This document shows, piece by piece, positions 27,801 to 39,800 of a stretch of DNA of 64,000 nt. The stretch is from Asterias rubens (Eukaryota): the NCBI RefSeq assembly GCF_902459465.1, contig NC_047078.1:12772001-12836000 (forward strand), written 5' to 3'. Below the pieces are notes generated by a model. It did no database searches. It was not told where the DNA came from and was given only the letters and a program-made list of their open reading frames with translations. The position numbers and the translations under genes were made by a program. Within the stretch, counting starts at the first letter, position 1. Each line of letters opens with the position of its first letter.

Positions 27801-30800
27801 TTTTCCCAGTCTGCATTTTTCGTGGGTTCCGCTTTTTTTCCGTTCCTTGTTTTTCTTGTGAGTTCCAGTTTTTATCTTCTTTGTTTACATCCGAAATAGA
27901 TCGTCAAGCAGCACGTACCTGGACTCGGGAAGCACTTTAATTGCAATTTGATTTGATTTTGTCATAATGAGTCGGGGGCTAGACCCAGTAAAATGCTCCG
28001 TCTTAGTCTTTCATTGGAGCCGTTGTTGTTAATTTTGCGTTCAGCGCGATGTCTATTTTACATGTACTTCAATGTCATTATTCAATTGCACCAACAGAGG
28101 GCGCTTTACTAAAAAACCAACACCTTGAGACAAGATTAGGCACACATGGTTTTCCCCCATGCGACGTCCGTACGTACGTTGTGTGTACAGTGTATTTTTT
28201 TTTGCGACAAGTAATGCATAATATGGCAGTCGACGATGAGGACTCATCGCGCTTGTGTCTTTATTTCTAAAGGAATGCTACAAAAATATATTGAAAATGA
28301 GGATGCGCAACAAATTGTTACATGTTAGAATTGTGGCCTACTGTTTCTGTGAATGTGTTGTCTACGCTTAAGTTTTTAATTAAAGCCTTTTATTACGTTC
28401 GTAATTTTGGCCCAAAATCCGGACAACAATTTTCCGTTTTTTTTTTTCATGACCCGCTCACAGGCCTGGTTTTGGCAGCTTCAAAGCTGGACCGCCATCT
28501 CTTGTTTACCAGGATGTAATCAATTTGATTCCTGTATCTATGATTTGGAGATATCCATGTGTAGAGTCTTCTTGGGTGTTGCTTGAATAGTGTGTTGAGA
28601 ATCGCCAGGTTGTTTTCTTGGCAGAAGTCGATCAAGGTTTCTCCTCTCTCGTTCTGATCTCCTAATCCACAGTTGCACATCACACATTGGTTAGTGCTCT
28701 GATTTCCAACCTTGGCATTGAAATCTCCCGTGATGACCATTATGTCTCGTTTGATGACACTGTTTATTGCCTGCTGGAGTTGATTATAAAATGTGTTGAT
28801 TTCTTCATCGCTTGATGCAGAGGTAGGTGTGTAGGTTTGGATAATGGTGACATTCATTGGTGTTCCTTGAATACGGATTGTGATGATCCTGTCGTTTACT
28901 GGGTTATAACCAAGTACACAGCCAGCCACATCTGGATTAACAACAAAGGCTACTCCGCTTTCTCTCTTGGTGTCTTTTCCAGAGAAGAAGACTACATGGT
29001 TGGCAAGTGTGGTGAAATGCCCCTTCCCTGTCCATCTCATTTCTGAAATTCCACACAGATGAACATCAAGTCTGTCTAGTTCTCTTGTCACAATGTCTAG
29101 TTTCCCTTGGTTCATGGTTCTTACGTTCCAAGTGCCAATTTTCAAAGTTGTCTTCCAGAGGTTACGCCTGACAACACTAACCTTGGTTTCAGCTCCCACA
29201 CTTCCATTTGGATTTAATGCAGCAGCGTCATTGATGCAAGGCAGGGTATCATTCGTCCTCTCTTCCCCAGAAGTAATTGAGACACCTTCAAGCCTGGGGG
29301 TCTCACTTTCCAGTGTCATATCGTTGCTTAAAGTTGAACTCATCATACGGTTTACATGGCATACAAAGACGGTGGTGGTTTGCCGTTGCCTTCCACCGTT
29401 GATGGATGGCTGTTGGCTCTAAACTGAGCTCATCCGCCCTTAGAAAGATGGATATTACTTTTCGTTCCATCAGGATGTCCAACCACCCTCCTCATCAGCT
29501 CCCTTCTGGGCTCCAGTGGGGTTGCCGGTTTAGCTGCCGACGTTCCGGATCGGTGGTTTGAAATCAGAGTTTTCCTTCTCCTAGGTGGACTGCCAACCAA
29601 GGCTGTGAGCCCCACCCACCCGAGTTTGAAATCAGAGTGGCTGTCTCCTAGGTGGACTACCTCCCATGGTTAACGAGCTCCACCTGCCCGGAGCAATCTG
29701 GTTTAAAGGCGCCAGAAATTCGCCTTCACACCTCTGCCCACTGTTCGCAACAGGGATCGGCACATGAAGCCGGGCAGTAGGAGTTTGAATTAGGAGAGGC
29801 TCTTTGAGACGCTGATCATATGGGACATTTCAATGGATGGGAAGGGGCTCAATCCTCCTCACCGCCCCGATCATCCTAAAACCTTAAGACCTTCACCTTG
29901 TGAAGTTAGATACTTATTAAATACTTACAGGTGCAATCACTCAAGCACAAGTGGAATACAGAAAAATAGAGCACTTCTGCGTCCAATATCTATCGCAGCT
30001 GAAGGTCGTGTTGGATATGGCACACAGACGCGCTATATTTTTCCGTATTCCATTAGCGCGCGAGTGATAACAAATTTATCTTCCAGCCTCATTAAGTCAA
30101 CATCACCGCTATTTCACGATGAGCAGCATGCACACGCAAAGTTTAGAATATAATTTTTGTACTGACCGGATGTAGCATTAAGCATCGACAATTTAAAAAC
30201 TTTGAGTAGGTTATGGCTTATTATCACACTCTGGTTTGAGCATCTGATTGGAGGATTAGGGCATAGTTAGAAGTAGAACTTTTTGGAAGAATTGACGGCT
30301 GGAAAAATAGGTGTTTGGTTAACTTTTAAAACAAACTAACAAGGTCTTTTTAGACCCACCTCCCAAAGAGATTATTACATAGTGTACCAGGATGAAGTTT
30401 TGAAATTAACTTTGTTTTTCCTTAAACATGACAGATACAATGCACCGTTCAAGAAAGACATTCAGTTGTGGGTTCAGAAGTTATCTAATTCTTCTGACAT
30501 CATTGAGAATTGGTTGACAGTGCAGAACCTGTGGGTCTACTTGGAAGCTGTCTTTGTAGGCGGGGATATCGCTAAACAGCTGCCACAGGTAAAATAGAAT
30601 CACTTAAATGTATTTGGCTTTTAGTAGTAACAAGTTGACATCAGAAAACAGTTGAAAAAACTTTAACAGTTTCAGTACTCTTAGAAAGTGGGCTTTGGGG
30701 AAAAATGTTTGAGTTTGAGATGGTGAATTTTCTGTTCGTTGAGATTGCTATAAATAACAAATTTACTGAAAAAATGAAATGAAGATGAAGTGAATTTTTT

Positions 30801-33800
30801 GTGTAAACTATTTTAAAGAATGAGAATGGATTCTCGCTAGCTGTAGGCGTTGAATGAGGTGCATGCTGGTCTAGCTAGCGCTTAAGTTTGATCCCTAGCT
30901 AGACCAGCATGCTCCTCATTCAACAGTTAGCGCTTGCCCAATGGGTTTTTGCAACAAGGTCTACATAAGGCGCGCGGTCCATTTAGGGCCGGTTCGGCAA
31001 TCATCCACGATTGTCAAACGATTACAGTAGCAAACGATTCAGCAGCGGTTGTGAGACGATTGGGGGATAGGTTCTTCAAACGCTTCAGTGCGCTGAGCTT
31101 GTCTAGTCGTCCGGAGTCCGAACAAAGGGGCTATAATCGGATTAATGTCCATTGTGTTGGGATTATAGTTTTGACTGTTCGGTTGTGGACTATGAATATG
31201 AATTTAAGAACTAAAATGTTCTAACGCGTTATTTTTGCGCTGTGTTTTTTCCATTTCTAAAATGCTCGTCAAAAGATACCACACATACTTTTTTTAATCG
31301 TGAAAAACGATGAAGTATAACCTCACATTCTACTTTACCTCTTTTTGTCATGTATTTGCTTAGCCTAGCGCTGGCAACGTCAATGTACCTCACACGGGTA
31401 CATCATGTACATGTATACTCGATTTGAGCGTTCGAGACGAACTCAATTTTTGGTTGGTTGTGACCAACTAAGAATGTTTCCCAACTAATGTGTATCTTTT
31501 TAATAAACGTATGACCAGGTTGTTGAATTTGGGTGTGATCTGCAAATAGGATTGTAATCAGTACGTCCTCGTCAGAAGGTTTAATTTTGAATTATTTTAA
31601 TTTTAAACATACTGTTGGCATTGAAGAAGAAAAACCATTGCATTAATAAAAAGACTGCAATAAAAAATACCTAATGTATGTGTGTGTACTTATTTGTTTT
31701 ACGCTTAATTGGAATAAATTAACAGATCTTATTATCAGAACATTTGGTTTATACCCTTCCCGTATGTATCTTTAAGATAAAACTCTCTATGTTTAAGGTT
31801 GATCAGACAAGGTTGATCAGACAATCTCGTGCTTTAATATAAATTTGTTTCCTGGAAAAGTATAAATAAATTTGGAGTCCGATTTTGGTGAAAATCTGAA
31901 ACATAAATATTACAAATCTGTGAAATTATAAATGAACAGTTGAATCACTTTTTATTACAAAGACGCATCATGTTAAATCTCTTTTTTGAATGTGTTAAAA
32001 GCCGTGTTTTGCCCCCAAAAATATGTTCACTCATGATGCTAAGAAAAAGCTACTACCTGGACGTACACACACCTAGCCAAAACCAAACCATTGTTACCAG
32101 TACTCCTGGCCGTGGAGGATTAGTTGGGATTAGCGAGGGATTAGCGGTGGAAGTGTCAGTGATAGCCTGGTGTAGGCGAACTCTTTTGTTAGTTGTAAAC
32201 CACAGTGAAGTGTCAACTCTTTTGTGTTTCACCTCAGTAAGTCTTTCTATAATCTCTGGAAACGATTGCGTCCCGAAACTCAGCCGATTGACCCTCTGTA
32301 AAATAATCGTTTGCGGCAATCGTGGATGATTGCCGAACCGGCCCTAAATGGACCGCGCGCCTAACTTTGGAAAGTATTATTAATGCTAGCAAGCCTTTTT
32401 CAATGCCCAAATTGATGTCCTTCAAAGTGCTGTTTATGATGTCAGTTTACTCCTTGCATTGTTTTGTAAACCTCTAGGAAGCCAAGAGATTTGGAAATAT
32501 TGACAAGTCATGGGTGAAGATAATGCAACGTGCTCATGAGAATGATAATGTTGTACGATGCTGTGTTGGTGACGAGACTCTGGGACAACTCTTGCCTCAC
32601 TTATTGGAACAGCTGGAAATTTGCCAGAAGTCACTCACTGGGTAAACAATCATCTTACTTATCATTCTAATTATGAATAATTGGCAATGTAAAAGGGCTG
32701 CTTACACACAAAAATGAATCTTAGCAGAAGTAGGTTACCGACCAACTTCACACACAATTCTATTCATTTGAGCTGGTAACCTGCAAATTTGTGTTAAAGA
32801 CAATGGACACTATTGGTAATTGTCAAAGAGTAGTCTTCCCACTTGGTGTATCTCAACATATGCATAAAATAACAAACCTGTGAATTTGAGCTCGATTGGT
32901 CGTCGGAGTTTCAAGATAACTGTGAAAGAAAAAAACATCCCTGGTCACAATCAAATTCGTGGAAAATTACTTCTTTGCTGAAAACTAGGTTACTTCAGAT
33001 GGAGCCGTTTCTCACAATGTTTTATACTACCAACCTCTCCCCATTACTTGTTACCAAGTAATGTTTTATGCTTATAATTATTTTGAGTAATTACCCTTAG
33101 TGTCCACTGCCTTGAAGCGAGTAATGTTACGAAGCCATAAATTCTGCTGAGCAGCTACAGAAATTTAGGCCCAGAACAATTGATTGAAGGTTTATAATCA
33201 TCTCAATGTTTTATTTTTATTCAAAATGACTGACTGGCTGACTATCCATTGCATGACACCCAGTGCACTTACACCTGTCCCTCCACTCTGGTGTCAAAAT
33301 TTACACATGAAATTTACCTCCAAAATATTGGTTATGGTAAATGCGCAGAGGGGTCAATAGGGAAGTTCAAGGCAGTCAGCTTTTCAAATTTCCCATAGTA
33401 CAAGTATACATCCCAATTTGGGTGTGCTAGCAAATTTAATGTGCATAGAGATATGATAGATGTGTTCTGATTCATTCCGGGTATCTCTGATTGAATTGAT
33501 TGATTGGTCACTGATGGGCAGTGTTGTAGTCGAGTCACCTGTGTCAAGTCCAGGTCCGAGTCACGAGTAACTTGGGTCGAGTCTGAGTCACGAGTCAATT
33601 CGTTTGAGTCCGAGTCACGAGTCACTTGTTTAAATAATTAAATAGTTAGAAAAGTTACACCCGTTCACCTATACCGGAACACTTGGTTGCAAAACAAATG
33701 TAAACAAATGGAAATGACAAATTTAAACAAAGTTCTGTACCCGAAATTGTGTCCGAGTCCTGGACTCGAGTCATACAACACTGCTGATGGGTGAATAGAA

Positions 33801-36800
33801 TAATACCATGTGTATGAGATTGAAATGATACTTGAGTGCCGATGATATTGTTGAATCTGTAATGATGAAGACTAAATGGCTTCTATATTTATGTTTTGTC
33901 TATAGTTACCTAGAGAAGAAGCGTCTTGTATTCCCTCGATTCTTCTTTGTATCGGATCCAGCATTGCTTGAGATACTTGGGCAAGCTAGTGACTCTCATA
34001 CCATCCAGGTAATATTATCTAAACTAAAACCTCCATAAGAACATCTATTTAATCCAGTTATTGCCATCCCCCCCCCCCAAAAAAAAGTATCTTTTTGCAT
34101 TTAGAGAAGGTTTGCAAATAGTTACGCCGGCAAATAGTTACCTCACCAATACTGTTACGTCACCAATGCTTTCAAAAGACTGATTTTTGTATTATTTTGA
34201 TACCTTTCTCATCAGTGAACTTGTGAAAACGTTTAAATGGTCAGTTGTACCTGCTCTACAAAGGATCTGCTCAGTGCGCCTGGGCAAGAACATTTGATTT
34301 TAAAGCTGTTATGATCTGAGTTTAAGCATTATCAACAAGACAAGTGGTTTGATTCTGTATCTTGTGTCAGATATCAGGCCTGATACTTCCCCTTGCCCCA
34401 ATTATCCAGGCATGCAACTCTTCCGCGGAATTCTGCGTTTTTTTTTTTTTTTAAACGTGAAAAGAAAAAAGAAAAAAAAACCCCTTTTTTTGTCTTCTTT
34501 TTTCCCCGGATTTTTACAACTACAATCATGTAAAATAAGCCTAGTACATGCTAAAAATGCGCCTAAGAGCATAATAAACCTCAACATTTTCTAGGGTACC
34601 ATTGTGGGTATCATGTCCCGTGGCAGTTAGGCCGCCTCGCTCCGCACTTGCCTTGTGCCTTTGAAAATTTTCCTCTTTTTTTTCAACGGGCAGTTGCATG
34701 CCTGATTATCATTGCCTTGGTGCCCTTGAAAAGCTCCAGTAGGAATTTACAGTTTCCTCATAGGGTACCCTCTACCAAGAAGGAAATGCCTTGGTGCCCT
34801 TTTAAAATGAAGCATACAGGCATGCAGATTTAATAATTGTCCGTTGCTTGTTAACAGGCTCATCTTCTGGGTGTCTTTGAGAATGTGAATGAGGTTGAGT
34901 TTCATGAGAAAGATTATGACCGCATCATTGCTTGCATCTCAAGGGAAGGAGAGACAGTGGCTGTGAGTACAAACCATTTCTTATCTTACAATACTCGTTT
35001 TCATTCAAGAAGTACACAAGGTTTAAAATGAGCACCATGCTACTCATATTAATGTAACATATTTTATCATCAAGTAGGCTTAAATTCTTGATTCTGATTG
35101 GTCGATCCATAGCAACAAGAGTAAGATATAAACCTATATTGCACGGCCCATATCACGACCTGTGTCTTGTGTGTTCTATGTCATGCCCCAAGTTTGTTTG
35201 AAAATAAATATGTTATCACACGCGCACTCATGGAATATGATAAAATACAGCGCTTCTGTGTTCGGTTCGATATGGGACGCAGAAGCGCTATAACTTGATG
35301 TATTCCACTCGCGCTAGTGTGATAACTTATATTGATAACAAGAGTAAGAAAGCTTAGGGCTCAAACAATCAGCTTCGGGAGAGTAATTGCACAAACAGAA
35401 AGTATATTTATTTTATTAATATCAAATTTTGGGTAGACTTTCCATGGACCACCATTAGTCATCAAAGGAATTATGGTTTAATCAATGTTTGGTTTGTTTG
35501 GATCGATTGAATTTCAGCTTCTGTTTTAAATAATCATCTTGACAGATTGCCCAAAATGTTTAAGCAAATAATGTTTGGAGGCATACTCTTTAAAAAAATC
35601 CCCAATTCACAACTTTTTGCAACTTAAGTGTCAACATTTTGCCTTCATTGTAACCGTGGCATATAGTTCATCTTGATGACTTGGATTATGAGAATGCTTT
35701 TATTTGACAGTTGGACCAGCCAGTGATTGCTAAAGGCAATGTAGAGATGTGGTTAGGAGAGTTATTGGTGTTACAGCAGAAGTCTTTACACTCAGTCATC
35801 AGGGATGCCAATAGAGTCATCAATGACTCCTCATTTGAACTACTTGGATTCCTCAATAACTTCATTGCACAGGTACGATTCTATGAAGTATTTGAATACT
35901 GCAATGAACAAAAACATTTTTTTTCTTTTTCCTCCCCCACCATTATGTGATTCCGAGTTAATATAGGAGCAGTCTTCATTATGTACAATTTGTATTGTAC
36001 TCTCAAACAAAGATTCAAATAGAATCAGAAACTGTCCCTTGCTCTGTTCCCCGGAGAACTACTCAACTGATCAAGTTAAAACTTATCCAATCATTTATCT
36101 TTATGTTGATTTAAAAGAATTTTACTATCACTAATAATTGAAAGGAATGTAAAAAGTTACTGAAAACATGAATCAATTATTATGATTTCTTATAGTTCTC
36201 AACGTTACAAACAATTTACGAAATGGTTGTTTGAAAAGGGCATTACATTTTGTCTAGTAAATAAGCTTTGATCATATAATTATAGTAACGTTGATAACAT
36301 TGTAATATTGTTTTGGTCCAAGGTTGGTCTATTAGGTATTCAGATGCTATGGACTCGTGATGCAGAGGAGGCATTGACTATGGCCAAGTCAGATAAGAAG
36401 ATTATGCCAACTACTAATGTCAAGTTTCTGGAGCTCCTGAATAAACTGATTGAACAGACTACACATGACTTGACTAAGATAGAGAGGATTAAATATGAGA
36501 CACTGGTTACCATTCATGTACATCAGAGAGATATCTTCAATGATCTGGTAAGCATACAAATAGAATTAAGCATTGTTCATTTCAGATACATTTATTTCAT
36601 GTCAACATCAATCAATACATAGTGTGATAATTTGTTTAGAAAGCATATGATAACTTGTAAAAATGAAAACTTGATTCAGTTAATGAACACTTAATAGATA
36701 TTCATAAATACCCCAGACAGTTTCTCTACTCCTATTGGTGGAGTTGTGCCACATCAAGCGATACGCGCGACGCCCACAGCATTCCCTTATAAGGAGTTGT

Positions 36801-39800
36801 TTACGCGACGGCAGCGGAGGGCTCTACCATTTCATAGCTTGAGGGGTGTTGTGTTTAAAGGAATTGTTTAACAATTATAATTTTGCATTTATTTTACTTT
36901 TTGACCAAAAAGTGATGATGTTTTTGACCGAAAAGGTATTTATGAATGGGAATCAAAGTGTGTTGAATCGGATTTCAACTAGTGGTTTAAACCCGCCGAG
37001 GCCTGGTTCTTTATAATTTACCTCGACTTTGTCTCAGTAAATTTTCACGGCCATTATAAACCGGCAGGGTCGTTGCCGTCGGCTCCGGCCTTTATCACAT
37101 GGCAAGGTTTTAAACGGACGTTTAAGAACGAGTCACTACTCTTTTATTCCCATTCATAAATGCCCTTTTGTTTAAAAACGTTAAAAAAAACACAGATGAA
37201 AATTCGAGGTTTGAAGTATTTTTTTCAAAAACTTTGCGAAAAATCTGTTTGATGCGCGCGGGTTGTGGGTACGCGCGAGCGCTTAGAAATAGATTATGCG
37301 CTGTTACTAATAGCTATGAATTGCGCATTCCGCGTGATAATATTGGCGTACGCGATCGCTGACACGCGGAAGCCAGCCAGTTGTAAACAGCTCCAGCTGG
37401 TCATTATCAACCGTTTAAACACCCCCACGTGACGCGCTCTCCACCAATAGGAGTAGCGAACCTGTCTGGGGTATTTATGAATGTTCAACTATGTGTTTTG
37501 TCTCTACATCATGTCTAATCTTCAAGCTATTATTTGTTGGTGTAGACTATCATGCACATCAGATCGCCTACTGACTTTGAGTGGTTGAAGCAAGCTAGAT
37601 TCTACTTCAAGGAGGAAACTGATCAATGTATTGTATCTATCACTGATGTGGACTTCATTTATCAGAATGAGTTCCTAGGATGTACTGATAGATTGGTAAT
37701 CACTCCCCTTACTGACAGGTAAGTCCATCTATCTATAGAATACACGAGTGTAGAAAAAGTCTAATACAAGTAGGAATTGAAACTTTGCATGGTGGAAGTA
37801 CGATATGGAATGGTTTGCGGTAACACCATGTAACGACTATCTCTAAATGAGTTGGGGTGGTTCTGAAAAGAACTGTTGGTTTCAACTCCTAAAGTCTAAT
37901 CTAATCGTTTCTTATCATTTATTATTTTAAGTGTCCAACATATTAATCAGGTGCTTGGTTGGCGTAAATGGTACCTTTCCTCGCCTTCAGACTCTAGGAC
38001 CCTGGTTTGATTCAGGGCACTATTGGGTTTGTGATAAAATTCCCCTATTTTGAGAGTCATTGGCTTCACAGCCAGAATAAATGAAATGAAATTAAATGAA
38101 ATCTCAGCGCAAGGTACTCTTGCAAAGAGCCCTTTTAAAAACGGTACCAGTAAAAGGTTAAAATTGTAAAATGGTAAAAAGATAACAGTTGAACATTATG
38201 TTAGTCTTTAACTCTGATGCATGTTTTACACCAGTTAAAAGTTTATCTGTATCAGACGGCCAATGTGGGCACTAAAGTGATGGATTTTAGACCAATGAAC
38301 TAAACTGAGATCACAACAAGCACACTCAAAGACTGCTATTTCTGTTTTAACAAGTTTTTACTGCAATTCAGAGTTTAAACATTAGGAAGCAAAAAAGGTG
38401 AAAAGCAATTATTGCTTAAAATGACTCTCTTATTAAACTTATTTTCTCTTTATTTAGATGTTACATCACTTTAGCCCAGGCACTTGGCATGAGCATGGGA
38501 GGTGCCCCAGCTGGTCCTGCTGGTACTGGCAAAACAGAGACCACCAAAGACATGGGTAAAGCACTTGGCAAATATGTAGTGGTTTTCAACTGCTCTGATC
38601 AGATGGATTACAGAGGCCTCGGTAGAATCTACAAAGGTGAGATAAACTCCTTGTCACTTCATGACCCAGCACCTTAGTAATAACATCAAATTTATAAGGT
38701 GCACACTATCTGGAATGGTACCATTCAAAGGCGCCGGAAGCTAGCAAGCTGACAAGTTGAACAGATGAGACTTGAGGTTGTGTTTGAAAGTAGACAGATC
38801 AGGTGTGTCCCTCAGCTTGGCCTGCAAGGAATTCCAGAGACGCGGTGTGCAGCTGGAAAAGGCACGGTCTCCGTAACTTGCCAGAAGAGATTTGGGAACA
38901 TGATGATGACGATCTAAGGCCTTTGCAAGGCTTTAAAACCAAACTAACAATTTGTATGCATCAAGTCATTTGTTTGAATAAGTCCTCTACAGATGTTAAC
39001 TAACCTCTGGTTGTAACTCAGATTCCTAAAGTTCAGTGATAAAGGATACCAACTGTATTGCAGATTTAGAGAGGGTTTCATCTCCAGCATAAGACAATAA
39101 ATGTTAACCAATTTAATTTCAGGATATGTATTTGTGACCTTCTTAACATTCTTATTTGTGAATGTTGCAGAGATTTATACAAAAATACAAGCGTAACAAA
39201 TGTTTTCAGTTTTACATTTTGTTTTTATGTACATTGTCATTGTGGGAATTGTTACAATGTTTTTGTATTTTTTTTGTAAAAAAGTATCATGGAGATATTT
39301 AAAATATTCAGGATATTTGGTTCTCTCATCAATTCAGAGCTGCCAACTTTCACTGGTTCTGCACAAATATTACTTTTAAAAAAACTTTGCATGTTCTGAT
39401 GAACTTATTTGAAATATTCATCGATTATGGAAACATGTCCTTATTATGTTGAATGTAACTCTTAAAATGCCTCCCTGACTGTTGTTCAAGATCAAATGTT
39501 GGCATGTCATACTTAATTCACCATTTTTCTTCTCTCATATCTATTTATATGTGAAGGTTTGGCCCAGTCAGGTAGTTGGGGCTGTTTTGATGAATTCAAT
39601 CGTATAGAGCTTCCAGTACTGTCAGTGGCTGCTCAACAGATTGCTATAGTCTTGATTGCTAAGAAGGAAAGGAAGACAGAGTTTATCTTCTCTGATGGGG
39701 ATATTGTGGCTCTCAATCCAGAGTTTGGTCTCTTCTTAACAATGGTATGCATGAAAACATTCATAAATATCAAACATAAGATTTCAAGAAGCAACACTTT

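Noticed and set aside
29440-29897. Self-cleaving ribozyme in the RTE 5' UTR (CTGATGA...GAAA near 29460-29500 and GGCGAAT near 29715-29725, minus strand)
   Set aside because: I could not build hammerhead stem II or an HDV double pseudoknot by eye. RTE 5' UTRs often carry HDV-like ribozymes, so an RNAMotif/Infernal scan is still worthwhile.
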